Counted from the first letter of the stretch, positions 18,125 through 29,092 are shown. The stretch: 64,000 nt of DNA from an uncultured delta proteobacterium (GCA_963745835.1 CAVUZH010000003.1:128001-192000), one strand, 5' to 3'. The notes: a model not told the origin generated them from the letters alone. Made by a program: numbers and translations.

Positions 18125-19843
18125 ATGGTTTACGATCGTCTAGCCCGCTGGAACATTTCGAATTTCAATTTTCAACGGATGCTCTTCGTCGTCCTGCTGG
18201 CGATCCTCTGCTATTTGGTTCTACCACCGCTATTTTTCACGATTCAGTCGAGTCTCTATGTCGATCGCGGCTTCAACGAGGCGGAGCTATCGTTAAAAAA
18301 TTATACAGATTTCCTAACAACACCTGAGACCGGCGTCATGCTGGTGAATTCTATTTGGTTTGCGCTTGGGAGTTCACTGGTCGCCCTTACCGTAGGAACT
18401 CTTCTTGCCTGGGTGGTCGAGCGAACCGATACACCTTTCAAGAACCTAGCATACCTTTCGGCATTCACGTCATTTGCTATTCCCGGCATCGTTAAGGTTA
18501 TCGGCTGGATCATGCTCTTTGGTCCCGAGAAGGGTGTTATAAATGTTTGGTTGAAAGAACTCTTTGACCTGCAGTACTCCCCATTCAACATATTCACGCT
18601 TACCGGAATGATCCTCGTTGAAGGCGTGGTATGGGCACCGGTCGTGTTTTTGTTTATGGCGGCGCCATTTCGTTCGATGGACCCGTCATTAGAAGAGTCG
18701 GCGCTCATGTCTGGTGCAGGACCTGTGCAAACGTTCTATCATGTCACTCTTAAACTTGCGCTGCCCAGCGTACTCTCGGTGCTCCTTCTGACATTTGTCC
18801 GAGCCATGGAAGCATTCGAGATTCCTGTCCTCATCGGTATTCCCGGGCGCGTGTTGGTCCTGACGAGCGAAATTTATCTGAGACTCTCCAGCGGGCTTTT
18901 GCCGCAATATGGCATGGCGAGCGCTTACGGCGTCGTTCTAATCTTTTTGGTGTCGATCGGTCTCTATTTTTATTCGAGAGCCACTCGCGAATCGCAAAAG
19001 TTTTATACCATTACCGGTAAAGGGTTCAGGCCGCGAACCATCGAAATGGGAAAGTGGAGATACGTCACGACAGTGATTGTTTTCGTGCTGCCGACATTGC
19101 TTGGCTTGCCGTTGCTGATCCTGATGTGGACCTCGGTGCTTCCTTATTACATGGCACCGTCGCTAGACGCGCTTCGCCAGTTGACGACGATCAATTATTC
19201 GGCGGCGTTTCAGAGTTCCAATGTTTGGCTGGCTCTGAAAAACAGCCTGATCATCAGCCTAACGAGCGCCTCTCTGACCATGCTTCTGACCGCAGTGGTC
19301 GCGTGGGTTGTCGTCAGGAGCAATATTCCTGGCAAAGGCATTCTGGAGCACCTCACGTCGTTTACGCTCGCCTTTCCCAGTGTGGTTCTCGCGGTGGCGA
19401 TGTTGCTCACCTACCTTAAACTTCCAATCCCGGTGTATGGTACCATCTGGATTCTCGTCCTGGGCTACATCACGCGCTACATCCCATACGGGCTTCGCTA
19501 CTGCTCGCCTGGTCTGTTGCAGATCAATAAGGAGTTGGAAGAAAGCGCGGAGATGAGCGGGGCTCCTTGGCTTACTGTTTTTCGCCGCATCGTCGTCCCT
19601 TTGATGATGCCGTCAATATTTGCCGGATGGATCTATATCTTCTTGTTGAGCGTTCGAGAGCTCACGATGGCACTTTTGCTCTACAGTCCGGGGTCGCAAG
19701 TGATTTCGGTGACCATTTTCAAAATGTGGGACTTCGGTACTCTGGGCGAGCTGTCGGCATTTAGTGTATCCGTCAGTCTACTGCTCGTCGGCATGGCGAT
19801 CCTATTTCATAGATTGAGCAGACGTTACGGGTTACGTGTGTGA
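18125..19843 (+). CDS. ABC transporter permease, FbpB/iron-type with two TM domains
   Basis: Two EAA loops: LEESALMSGA and LEESAEMSGA. Confidence 0.93.
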   Translation: MVYDRLARWNISNFNFQRMLFVVLLAILCYLVLPPLFFTIQSSLYVDRGFNEAELSLKNYTDFLTTPETGVMLVNSIWFALGSSLVALTVGTLLAWVVERTDTPFKNLAYLSAFTSFAIPGIVKVIGWIMLFGPEKGVINVWLKELFDLQYSPFNIFTLTGMILVEGVVWAPVVFLFMAAPFRSMDPSLEESALMSGAGPVQTFYHVTLKLALPSVLSVLLLTFVRAMEAFEIPVLIGIPGRVLVLTSEIYLRLSSGLLPQYGMASAYGVVLIFLVSIGLYFYSRATRESQKFYTITGKGFRPRTIEMGKWRYVTTVIVFVLPTLLGLPLLILMWTSVLPYYMAPSLDALRQLTTINYSAAFQSSNVWLALKNSLIISLTSASLTMLLTAVVAWVVVRSNIPGKGILEHLTSFTLAFPSVVLAVAMLLTYLKLPIPVYGTIWILVLGYITRYIPYGLRYCSPGLLQINKELEESAEMSGAPWLTVFRRIVVPLMMPSIFAGWIYIFLLSVRELTMALLLYSPGSQVISVTIFKMWDFGTLGELSAFSVSVSLLLVGMAILFHRLSRRYGLRV

Positions 19844-19867
19844 TACTAAACGTCTAGAGCAGCGAAT

Positions 19868-20968
19868 ATGCTTCAGGTAAGGGATCTTTACAAAAGTTTT
19901 CCAACCGATTTGTCGGATGTGCGAGCCGTCGATTGTATCGGCTTTGAAGTCGCTCGCGGCAAATTCTTCAGCCTGCTCGGCCCCAGCGGTTGCGGAAAAA
20001 CTACAACACTGCGCTGCATCGCAGGGCTCGAACGGCCGGAGCAAGGTGAGATTGAAGTTGACGGGCACCTGGTCTTTTCGAAACAAGGCGTGTTCGTGCC
20101 CCCGTACCGTCGCGGTATCGGGATGGTTTTTCAGTCGTATGCCATCTGGCCGCATATGAACGTTTTCGAGAATGTCGCCTTTCCTTTGAAAATCGGTCAC
20201 AGGGCGTCCACCCGTGAAATAAAAGAACGGGTAGGAAAGGCGCTTCACCTCGTCCAGCTCGAGGAGCTCGGGCAGAGACCGGCGACCAACCTCAGCGGCG
20301 GACAACAACAAAGACTCGCGCTTGCAAGAGCGGTCGTGAGAGAGCCTAAACTCTTGCTCTTGGACGAACCGCTTAGCAACCTGGATGCAAAACTTCGCGA
20401 TGAAATGCGAGTGGAGTTGAAGCGAGTGCAACGGACCCTAGGTCTGACAACGATCTACGTAACCCATGACCAAACTGAGGCGCTGTCCATGTCGGACACA
20501 GTGGCCGTGATGAACAAAGGCAGGATCGTTCAGCTGGCCTCTCCCAAGGAAATCTATGAAAAACCGCTGAATAACTTCGTTGCCGATTTTATCGGATCCG
20601 CCAACATGATCGTCGGCAAGCTTACCGCATTAACCAGTGCTGAAGTCGGCCGGGTGGAGACAAAACACGGTTCACTGATTTGCGCCATTCCGCAACCTGC
20701 AAACATCAACATCGGCGGCGATGTTCTTGTGTCTGTCCGTCCAGAAGATATTCAGATGACGGTGGCTAGTGATCGATCAAAAACTTCCGAATGGGTCGGA
20801 ATCATCGACCAGGTGTCATTCCTCGGAGGTCTGATCGAGTATCAAATCGCAATTTCGGGAACTCGGATGCGCGCACGGGTTCACCCTTCCAACTTTTTCC
20901 AAGAGGGCGATTCTGTCCAGCTAACGTTCCAGCCGGGGCGATGCTGTACAGTCTCTACCGAAGACTAA
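19868..20968 (+). CDS. ABC transporter ATP-binding protein (FbpC/PotA type)
   Basis: GPSGCGKT, LSGGQQQR, LLLLDEPLSNLD, TOBE-like C-terminus. Confidence 0.95.
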   Translation: MLQVRDLYKSFPTDLSDVRAVDCIGFEVARGKFFSLLGPSGCGKTTTLRCIAGLERPEQGEIEVDGHLVFSKQGVFVPPYRRGIGMVFQSYAIWPHMNVFENVAFPLKIGHRASTREIKERVGKALHLVQLEELGQRPATNLSGGQQQRLALARAVVREPKLLLLDEPLSNLDAKLRDEMRVELKRVQRTLGLTTIYVTHDQTEALSMSDTVAVMNKGRIVQLASPKEIYEKPLNNFVADFIGSANMIVGKLTALTSAEVGRVETKHGSLICAIPQPANINIGGDVLVSVRPEDIQMTVASDRSKTSEWVGIIDQVSFLGGLIEYQIAISGTRMRARVHPSNFFQEGDSVQLTFQPGRCCTVSTED

Positions 20969-21006
20969 CGGACGCCATAAAATGTGCCGGCATCTAGGAG
21001 ATTACG

Positions 21007-21744
21007 GTGGATGAACTTTCGGCTTTGAAAGACAAACTAAAAACGACTGTAAAAATTCTGCAATGGGAACTTTGTGATATGTGGGGCCATGTGAGCGCAA
21101 AGACGCCCGACGGGAAGCACTTTCTCCTTGCCTTCCTGCGACCTCCGGCGGATCCAAAAACGCCGGTCGATGAAGTTTTGGAGTTCGATATGAGCGGCAC
21201 GCTGTTGTCTGGCCGGCGTAACGTTCCCGATGAAATCTATTTTCACCTGTGTCCTTACAAAGACCGAAACGATGTCGGGGCTGTCATTCACTGTCATCCT
21301 CCTATGTCTCTCGCAGTCGTCGCCACCGGCCGCAAAATCATTCCGCTATACCAACATGTCGCTCATTTCGGCAACGGAGTGCCGATATCTCCTTGGATCT
21401 ACGGAACGATGCGCGCGCATGGAAATCGTGCCGTTAAGTTGATGGGCGAGAATTGCGCATTGATGATCAAAGGACATGGGGCCGTGGTGGTTGGGGAGAA
21501 TATCGAAGAGGCGTGCATGAACATGGCGCGAATGGAACGCACTGCGAAGATGATGATGTATGCAGCCGCGCTGGGAAAACCTGCACCGATTCCGCCCCGG
21601 GTTGGAAAGATACTTGAGAGCATCTACCCAAGACCCGGGAACAGTAAGCAGCATGAGAGAAAATTGAGAAGCATCGGACATAAGACTGAATTCCAGTACT
21701 ATGAATCACTAGTTAAAAAAGGGGTAACTTGGCCGACGATCTAG
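21007..21744 (+). CDS. Class II aldolase/adducin family protein
   Basis: GHVS, EIYFH, VIHCHP, IKGHG; AGGAG RBS. Confidence 0.9.
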   Translation: MDELSALKDKLKTTVKILQWELCDMWGHVSAKTPDGKHFLLAFLRPPADPKTPVDEVLEFDMSGTLLSGRRNVPDEIYFHLCPYKDRNDVGAVIHCHPPMSLAVVATGRKIIPLYQHVAHFGNGVPISPWIYGTMRAHGNRAVKLMGENCALMIKGHGAVVVGENIEEACMNMARMERTAKMMMYAAALGKPAPIPPRVGKILESIYPRPGNSKQHERKLRSIGHKTEFQYYESLVKKGVTWPTI

Positions 21745-21791
21745 TTCGCTAAGGGCGGAAATTAGCCTGACTAACAGAGGAATGTGACGAA

Positions 21792-22781
21792 ATGCGAATT
21801 TTGATGATGGGCACCGGACCGATTGGTGGAATAATCGGCGGGCGGCTCGCCCGAATCGGTCACGACATCTTATTTGTGGATGTCGACAGAGAACATGTCG
21901 CAGCGATCCGCAACCACGGTTTACAGGTTGATGTACCCGATGGAGCTTTCAATGTCGGAGTTCGCATTGTTTTTCCCAACGAAATCGAAGGCAAGTTCGA
22001 GATTGCGTTTATCGCGGTTCGATCCAACTACACCTCAACGGCTGTGGTAACGGCAATGCCACACCTCGCGGACAACGGTTTGCTGGTGTCTTTGCAGAAC
22101 GGCTTTAACACGCCAGTCATGGAAGAAACGGTGGGACCTGATCGCACCGTCGGAGTGGCGATCCGCATGGGTTGCCAAAAAATCGCTCCCGCGCGGGTGC
22201 AGACGGCGCACCGTGGTCATCTCTACGTCGGTCACCCGCATCGCAAAACAACGCCGCAATTGGAAGGACTGCGCAAGCTTCTCAATTCTGTGATACCGAC
22301 CGAGATCTCACACGAGTTAGTAGACGTGCTATGGAGCAAATTAACACACACTTGTGTCTGTTTTTTCGAAGCGCTCGCAGATGCCTCTCTCAAGCAGGTG
22401 TGCGAAAAGGGCCCGAATCTTCGTCTCCTTGTTAACTATTTCGCTGAAATCATCGCGGTAGGCAAGGCAGCAGGCGCCCAATTCATTCCCCTCCTTGAAT
22501 ACAATCCTTCAGACTTTCACCCCGACCGGCCGTTCGAGGCGCGGCTCGCCAGTATGGCGAAAATGGCGAGGAGCTTTCCCGAAAATCGCAAAGGCCCTTT
22601 TCGTCAGATACAGCGCGACATTGCCACCGAAATCGATTTCATAGTAGGTCATGTTGTTAGGGAAGGAGAGCGCCTGCAAATTCCAACGCCCCTTTGTCGA
22701 AAACTCGTTCGAGTGATTCACGAGCTTGAAAGCGGGAAAAGGCAATTCGATCCGGAGAATTACCTCGAGCTTAGTTATTGA
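21792..22781 (+). CDS. Ketopantoate reductase (PanE/ApbA) family protein
   Basis: GTGPIGG, SLQNG, WSKL, TEIDFIVG, IPTP. Confidence 0.85.
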   Translation: MRILMMGTGPIGGIIGGRLARIGHDILFVDVDREHVAAIRNHGLQVDVPDGAFNVGVRIVFPNEIEGKFEIAFIAVRSNYTSTAVVTAMPHLADNGLLVSLQNGFNTPVMEETVGPDRTVGVAIRMGCQKIAPARVQTAHRGHLYVGHPHRKTTPQLEGLRKLLNSVIPTEISHELVDVLWSKLTHTCVCFFEALADASLKQVCEKGPNLRLLVNYFAEIIAVGKAAGAQFIPLLEYNPSDFHPDRPFEARLASMAKMARSFPENRKGPFRQIQRDIATEIDFIVGHVVREGERLQIPTPLCRKLVRVIHELESGKRQFDPENYLELSY

Positions 22782-23014
22782 TGGGCTAAGAGAAAATGCA
22801 GCTTAAAAATCCGCATTAAAACGCTTCGAGGCTTCAGCCCACGCGATTGACTGCTCACCCTGGTAAGACACGGGGTCAGACGCGAAGTGGTTCGGTTGCC
22901 ATCGAGGACGGTCTATATCGAGCAATCGTTGAAGACTATTGTAGACTTTCTAGATCAAGCGTAAAGACTTAGTTTCTAACGCTAAAGCTTGAGTTTACAT
23001 GAGGAGTGAATTTA

Positions 23015-24031
23015 ATGAAACTATGGTCTCTGCTTTTTGCTACTATGTGCGCGTTCTCAATAAACGCAACTCTTTCCGCCCAAGAACCCTTCTATAAAGG
23101 AAAAGTTCTACGGATCGTCACAGGCGCGAGTGCTGGCGGTGGTCTTGACACCTACTCGAGAACTATCGCTCGTCACATGAAGAAATATATTCCGGGCAAT
23201 CCTACTATCATTGTGGAGAATATGCCGGGGGCTGGCGGTTTAATCATGGTGAACCATCTTGCTAAGGTTGCCAAACCCGACGGATTAACTCTCGGAAGTT
23301 TCATCGGTGACCTCATAGGTCTTCAACTACTCGGGCGCCCGGGAGTTGAGGCTGATTTCTTGAAGCTCGGATATGTGGGAGTCCCACTGAGAGATACCGC
23401 GGCGTGCGCCTTCACCAAAGCCAGCGGCATTACGAGCGTCGATAAATGGATGGCGGCGAAAGTACCTGTAAAACTCGGCTCCACGGGTCCGATGACCGGG
23501 ATAGATAACACTCCGAGAATTCTAAAGGCGCTTCTTGGCCTGCCAATCCAAATCGTCGCTGGCTACAAGGGGACTTCCGAGATCAGGCTGGCGGCGGAGA
23601 GCGGTGAACTTGCCGGCGCTTGTTGGGTCTGGGGCTCGATAAAACCTGGCTGGAGAAGCGCGATACAGTCCGGTGATGTCGTTGTGGTACTGCAGAATCG
23701 GCCACAACCACACCCGGACCTCCCTCACGTACCTCTCGCGGACGATTTGGCCAAGACGAAAGAGGAGCGAGAACTTCTTCAGGTCAGTGACCTTAGCCCG
23801 ATATCGTTTACGTATGCGATCGCGGGCGGCTCACCCGACGATCGGCTGCAAACTTTACGGCGCGCGTTTATGGACACGATGAAAGATGCGGAATTTCTTG
23901 CCGACGCCGAGAAGTCGAAGGTCCTTATCGACCCGATGGCTGGCGACGAAGTCGAAAAAACCGTGCATAAATTTCTAAGTCTGGAGCCTGCCATGGCAAC
24001 AAAGCTAAAAGAGATCCTTTCTGCTAAATGA
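23015..24031 (+). CDS. Tripartite tricarboxylate transporter substrate-binding protein (TctC/Bug-like)
   Basis: Signal peptide; FYKGK, GGGLD, IPGNPTIIVENMPGAG, PDGLT, GYKG; GAGGAG RBS. Confidence 0.9.
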   Translation: MKLWSLLFATMCAFSINATLSAQEPFYKGKVLRIVTGASAGGGLDTYSRTIARHMKKYIPGNPTIIVENMPGAGGLIMVNHLAKVAKPDGLTLGSFIGDLIGLQLLGRPGVEADFLKLGYVGVPLRDTAACAFTKASGITSVDKWMAAKVPVKLGSTGPMTGIDNTPRILKALLGLPIQIVAGYKGTSEIRLAAESGELAGACWVWGSIKPGWRSAIQSGDVVVVLQNRPQPHPDLPHVPLADDLAKTKEERELLQVSDLSPISFTYAIAGGSPDDRLQTLRRAFMDTMKDAEFLADAEKSKVLIDPMAGDEVEKTVHKFLSLEPAMATKLKEILSAK

Positions 24032-24174
24032 CCGCGAGGGAAGAGCGCAACGCTCTATTTCTTAAGTCAAAGCCGTCCGAGGTTAGTCGTTTACGGGAAT
24101 TCGCCTGAGCCCAAGTGCACCCTGGCAAGCGGCGATTTGTCGAGGATGAAATCAGTTTCAGCTGGGAGCAGAAA

Positions 24175-24351
24175 TTGAAAAATTTGATCAAGAAACTCGA
24201 TGCGGAGTACGCCTTCGGCTTGACCGAAGAAGAAATCGAGTTGATTGCGCGTCAGGCGGAAGAGAGTGCGCGGCTTTACCAGAAGCTTTACGACGTCGAC
24301 ATTGCTGATGAAAGTCCCGTTTCAAAGTCGGTTGCTGGAGAAAAAGAGTGA
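24175..24351 (+). CDS. Small acidic protein coupled to amidase (AtzG/GatC/HpxX-like position)
   Basis: GGGAG RBS and TTG start; FGLTEEEIELIA...L..VD....P; stop overlaps the amidase GTG (GTGA). Confidence 0.55.
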   Translation: MKNLIKKLDAEYAFGLTEEEIELIARQAEESARLYQKLYDVDIADESPVSKSVAGEKE

Positions 24352-25796
24352 GCCCGGAAATTGAGAGACTCACTATCGCCGAGCTCGCTCCGTGCATCAA
24401 GAGTGGCACTGTGTCGCCGGTCGCTCTTACCGAGAGGTATCTTCAACGCATCGAGAAACTTAACCCAATATTAAACGCGTACATTACCGTCACAGCGGAT
24501 GACGCGCTAGCTCAAGCGAAAGTGGCGGAAAGCGAGATCAATGCGGGGAGATACCGGGGTCCGCTTCATGGGATTCCAGTCGGAATCAAGGATAATCTCG
24601 CAACCAACGGCATCCGAACGACAGCAGGGTCGAAGATACTTTCCGACTGGGTACCCGACTTCGACGCTACGGTCGTGACCCGTTTGAAAAACTCCGGCGC
24701 CATCATCTTGGGCAAAACCAACATGCATGAATGGGCCAAAGCGAGCAACACGATAAACCGTTTCTATGGCGCCATTCATAACCCTTGGGATTTTAAGGCG
24801 ACACCCGGCGGATCAAGCGGTGGCTCGGCTGCCGCGGTAGCGGCCGACATGTGCGTGGCATCAATTGGTACGGATAGCGCGGGGTCGGTTAGGACGCCAG
24901 CATCTTTGTGCGGCATTGTTGGGCTGAAGCCAACCTACGGTCGCGTTAGCCAGCATGGCGGCGTCCCCGGAACCGGCGGTCATTCCATCAATCACTTCGG
25001 CATTTTTACCAAGACCGTTCAAGACTGCGCCTATGTTCTCGAAGTGGTTGCCGGATATGATCCGCAGGATCCGCTCAGTTCTACAGCAACGGTACCGGGT
25101 TATGCAGCTGCCGTTCGCAAGTCTGTGGGAAGTCTCAAAGTCGGCGTCATCGACAGTTATTTCCCCGAAGTGATGAGCAGTGAAGTGAGGCAAATTTTTG
25201 CTGCGGCTCTGGAAACTGTCGAGCGGTTAGGCATGAAGGCCGAATCAATTTCGATTTCCCACATGGAGCTTATTCCCACGGTATTCGCCTGCACCATGAG
25301 GTTCGAAGATATAGCGCCCCACGATCGTCATATGAGAAGCCGGCCACGAGATTATAGTTCTCGGCTCCTTTACAATCAGATCAGCTCACTCACGATTCCC
25401 GAGGCGACGTATCAAAGAGCACAAAAAGTACGAAAGCTGATCTATCGTGAGTTCGAAATTGCGCTGGCGAAAGTGGACCTGATCATTGCGCCGACGATGG
25501 CTATCCCAGCCCCGAGCCTCGAGGCTTGCGAGCGGGGCTACGTCGAAGTCGACGGAAGTAGAGTGCCGCTCCAGGATAGTCGAGGAAATTTCCTCACGCT
25601 ATTTACCATTCCGTTCAACCTAACCGGTCTTCCAGCGCTAAGCGTCTGCTGTGGGTTTTCATCCTCTGGCTTACCCGTCGGACTGCAGCTCATTGGACCC
25701 GCTTTTCAGGAAAGCATGGTTTTGCAAGTTGCGCATGCTTACGAACAAGCCACGAATTGGCATAATAGGTGGCCGGAGCTTCCATCAACTGAATAA
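24348..25796 (+). CDS. Amidase-signature family amidase
   Basis: GPLHGIPVGIKDN, GKTNMHE, GGSSGGS, GTDSAGSVR (Ser-cisSer-Lys triad intact). Confidence 0.95.
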   Translation: MSPEIERLTIAELAPCIKSGTVSPVALTERYLQRIEKLNPILNAYITVTADDALAQAKVAESEINAGRYRGPLHGIPVGIKDNLATNGIRTTAGSKILSDWVPDFDATVVTRLKNSGAIILGKTNMHEWAKASNTINRFYGAIHNPWDFKATPGGSSGGSAAAVAADMCVASIGTDSAGSVRTPASLCGIVGLKPTYGRVSQHGGVPGTGGHSINHFGIFTKTVQDCAYVLEVVAGYDPQDPLSSTATVPGYAAAVRKSVGSLKVGVIDSYFPEVMSSEVRQIFAAALETVERLGMKAESISISHMELIPTVFACTMRFEDIAPHDRHMRSRPRDYSSRLLYNQISSLTIPEATYQRAQKVRKLIYREFEIALAKVDLIIAPTMAIPAPSLEACERGYVEVDGSRVPLQDSRGNFLTLFTIPFNLTGLPALSVCCGFSSSGLPVGLQLIGPAFQESMVLQVAHAYEQATNWHNRWPELPSTE

Positions 25797-26028
25797 AAAG
25801 AGACTAGTGCCCAACGGTGAACTCTTTTGATCATTTGCAGCTGCATCGTAATTTAGACCGCGTTCGAATCTGGATGCACTACTACGATGATCGAAGCTGC
25901 ATGGATGAACCAGCTTGTATTAGTGTCCTCCGAATGCAGGCGCTGTAATTTAGCCAATTTCCCTGATCAGGATCGCGAGCGAGCAAACTTGTGAATCAAT
26001 TTGTCGTCGCAGTCAACAGTTTGGAGCG

Positions 26029-26415
26029 TTGATGTTCGCTATGAGACCGTCTGGTCGGGCTGCCGAAAGAGAAGCGGTCGAGTTTGAGCCCGCCAGAGCC
26101 TACATATCTCAGCTCCGTTACGATTCGCTTACGTTTGTGTCGGGATACACATCGGAACTGGATCGTCTGGAAGATCAAGTACCGGCAGTCTTAGCCGACA
26201 TAGACGAGGCCCTAAAAACCGCGTTAACGAGGTGGAAGCACGTCGCCAAATTGTCTGTATATCTCAGTAGAAGTCAAAGCCTCGAGTTGCTGAAGGAGTT
26301 GTTGCGAAAAGCAAATCGATTGGATCTCGCAAGAATAGAATTCGAGTTTGTTGACGGATTCGCCCGAGACAAGGTTCTGTTCGAGGCGGAAGCTACGGCT
26401 TCAATCGCTGGCTAG
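26029..26415 (+). pseudogene. Rid/YjgF-like domain, probably an N-terminally truncated remnant
   Basis: TFVSGYT, DQV..VL, K.SVYL, FEAEATA pattern; no clear RBS or start. Confidence 0.45.
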
Positions 26416-26579
26416 TGCGTGCTGACGTTCAAGGTTAGGATACTGCAAGGAATTCCTCCGGCATGCAATCAAACCTAATAATAAGCTGGTTGTCGAAGGT
26501 TCGTCTTCAGGAAGCTGTTTCGGTGCAAAAGAGTTGCGGTCCTCTTGCGAGCTTATCGACCACGGGTCTGCAGCCGGGG

Positions 26580-27560
26580 TTACCAGCCTAGCTCGGATCT
26601 TGCTCGCCGTAACAAGGTAAAATCCACAACTTCTGCTGGAGAAATATCTTTGTCGAATTTTCCGCTGAGTCGAGCCAGATCCATACTCAAGCGGATTCCT
26701 TTTTCATTGACCTCACCGTCTCGACTGAATGCTTTAAAAGCCAAGTCATAGGTTGCTGCCGCAACTTCGGGTTCCAACTTGAACCAAGTTTTAATGATCT
26801 CTACGGTTCCCGTCCTGTTTTCGCGGATATATTGAATACCTTTCAGACTCGCCCGGAGTAGTCGCCGGATTTGGTCTGAATTTTCCGCTATTCTCTTTTT
26901 AGTTGCACCTATTCCAGCAAGTGGCAGGTCAATGACATCTGCTGCGTTAACCAGTAAGTTAAGACCTGCCTTCTGACCTTCGATTGCGCCCTGAGGTCCA
27001 AGGGTCGCTCCATCAATATCGCCCAAAACAAGTCCTTGAAATCTATTAGTTTCATCCCCGAGCGGCCGAAAGATGACATCCTGACTTGGGTTTAGTCCCG
27101 CTGCCTTGAGAATCTCTATGGTAATATAATGTTGCGGTTGTCCGATTGCGTTTACTGCTACGGTCTTACCTTTCAGATCATTGATCGATTTTATATTCTT
27201 GCTACCCATCAAAAATTCCATCGGTCTCGAGCTAAAGCAGGCTAGAGCTTGAACGGGCGCGCCACGCATCGCCGCTAAAATCGTTCCTCCCAAACTCGTG
27301 GTGTATTCGATGCTTCCGGCAATCAATCCCGAAACAGCCGGACCTGACAAGATCTTTACGAGATCGACCTGAAGTTCCTCCTGAGTAAAAAAGCCTCGTC
27401 GATGCGCAACTATGAGCGGAAGGAATGTGGGAGAAGGACTGGGATACGCAATTACAACTCTTTCGGCGGCTGGAAGTTCTTGCGTTCCGAAGCTCAAAAA
27501 ATAGAAAATCAAAGAGAGGAGTGATAAAAGCGAAGCTAATTGTACCATGCGTGTCTTCAT
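26580..27560 (-). CDS. ABC substrate-binding protein, NMT1/THI5-SsuA type
   Basis: Signal peptide; GFFTQEELQVD, DLKGKTVAV, GDIDGATL. Confidence 0.9.
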   Translation of the reverse strand: MKTRMVQLASLLSLLSLIFYFLSFGTQELPAAERVVIAYPSPSPTFLPLIVAHRRGFFTQEELQVDLVKILSGPAVSGLIAGSIEYTTSLGGTILAAMRGAPVQALACFSSRPMEFLMGSKNIKSINDLKGKTVAVNAIGQPQHYITIEILKAAGLNPSQDVIFRPLGDETNRFQGLVLGDIDGATLGPQGAIEGQKAGLNLLVNAADVIDLPLAGIGATKKRIAENSDQIRRLLRASLKGIQYIRENRTGTVEIIKTWFKLEPEVAAATYDLAFKAFSRDGEVNEKGIRLSMDLARLSGKFDKDISPAEVVDFTLLRRARSELGW

Positions 27561-27658
27561 AACTGTCTTTGACTCGGCTTTCTAATCGTTACTCTGTGGC
27601 GCCAATTTTCTTGTTCAGATCTTTCCGCACTAGGTTTCCTAAAGTGCCTAAATACACA

Positions 27659-28261
27659 TTACTTGTGCGTCATTGCACTAGTGCCGATGATTTGGATCCC
27701 CTCCGATTTTTCTATATAGCGTACGAACCGGTATTTGCCTTCTTTACCATCCATGTCGGTGCTCATCCTTTTCCCGGCTGCTTCAATCTTTGCGACAATA
27801 TAAGAAGGATCCTGGCGGCGGAGTGTTGCTTGTATCTCGGACTCAAATTCATCGAGAGAGGAAACAGTCGTTGAATATTGGATTCCAGCCGCTTTTGCCA
27901 TTCCGGCCAAATCTGTCGGTCCCGCGGTTGCTGTCGGTAATCCTCCGGTGGCCATGTAACATTGATTGTCAAATACGATCACTACCAGGTTCTTGGGTTG
28001 TTGGTTTCCAATGGTCGCAATGGTGCTTAAGTTCAGAAGTACGCTGCCGTCTGATTCCAAGGCAATTACCCGACGATGTGGAAGTACGAGAGCGAGCCCC
28101 ATACTTAGGGGAGTACACAGTCCCATATTGATTTGATAAAGATTTGACTCTTTGGGTCTTAATGCGAACCATTCTCCTGCGACCCAGCCGAGAGTAGTTA
28201 CCACTAGATCCTCATCCTTTAAACGCGGAGCTAGAACAGCCAAACATTCATACCGCGTCAT
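27659..28261 (-). CDS. ThDP-dependent decarboxylase beta subunit (ComE/phosphonopyruvate decarboxylase-like)
   Basis: NMG...GLAL, ESDGSVLLN...VFDNQCY..TGG ThDP-binding motif. Confidence 0.88.
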   Translation of the reverse strand: MTRYECLAVLAPRLKDEDLVVTTLGWVAGEWFALRPKESNLYQINMGLCTPLSMGLALVLPHRRVIALESDGSVLLNLSTIATIGNQQPKNLVVIVFDNQCYMATGGLPTATAGPTDLAGMAKAAGIQYSTTVSSLDEFESEIQATLRRQDPSYIVAKIEAAGKRMSTDMDGKEGKYRFVRYIEKSEGIQIIGTSAMTHK

Positions 28262-28783
28262 CTAGAGGGTACCCCCTTCACCCCGGAGTATTTCGCCCGA
28301 GAGCAGAACGGCGACAGGATGTTGCCATAAGAAGGCTGATAACTTCGCGCCTGTTATCACTTCCTTAGTCTCTTCTGGTTTACTGACCCGAACATACGGT
28401 ATTTGCAACGTGTCGAGTAACGGCTCCGTCGTAAACTTATAAGTAATAAATCGCCAATTAGCTCGATCGCCGATCTCACCCCGGTGAGCAATAAGTATCA
28501 GGACAGGAATTCCATAGGCAACCGACAGTGATGCTAAAGGCCAAGTGGCGACAAGAAATCCTGAATCGGCAATTACTAAAGCTGGCTTTGCCCCGCCGAG
28601 CCACGCTCCTGCGCATGCAGCAACGCCTTCACCTTCGTTAGCCACTGCCAGCGATCTAATATCCGAATCCATCGAGATCAACTTCTGGGCGTCATGAATT
28701 TGATCGTCCGGCAGATAAGCGACGAAATTAATGCCTGATTCTTTAAGAGCTTCGTGGACGATGACTGCGTGTTCTTGCTTCAT
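28262..28783 (-). CDS. ThDP-dependent decarboxylase alpha subunit (ComD-like)
   Basis: LPD, NEGEGVAACAGAWLGG, SG, HRG; abuts the beta gene (TAGATG). Confidence 0.88.
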   Translation of the reverse strand: MKQEHAVIVHEALKESGINFVAYLPDDQIHDAQKLISMDSDIRSLAVANEGEGVAACAGAWLGGAKPALVIADSGFLVATWPLASLSVAYGIPVLILIAHRGEIGDRANWRFITYKFTTEPLLDTLQIPYVRVSKPEETKEVITGAKLSAFLWQHPVAVLLSGEILRGEGGTL

Positions 28784-29092
28784 ACTCTTGCGCCTCTTGT
28801 TACCTCCTTATATGCGCATGAGATTTGTGTCAATTGATTTGGTTCATCCGGCCTCCGCTAGTGATGAACATAAAGCGGTAAAATTCGCTTGCGGAACGGC
28901 CAAATCTGGTAGCGCTGACTTGAGGGCCGCTGTGTTCTTTGGCGAGATTTTCTTCGATGGAATACGCGGTATAACTATTCGAGATATGGCAGTCGGACAA
29001 GCAAGTTCTTTGGGCTAAGTAGGTCGCCTTTGACCTGCCAAACGCCCATTACCGCGTTTTCGCCGGACGCTCTCTTCGACAGTATTTAATCG

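Noticed and set aside
22815-22865. Degenerate REP-like fragments (also near 26490, 41100, 49900)
   Set aside because: Too decayed to delimit or confirm without a genome-wide search
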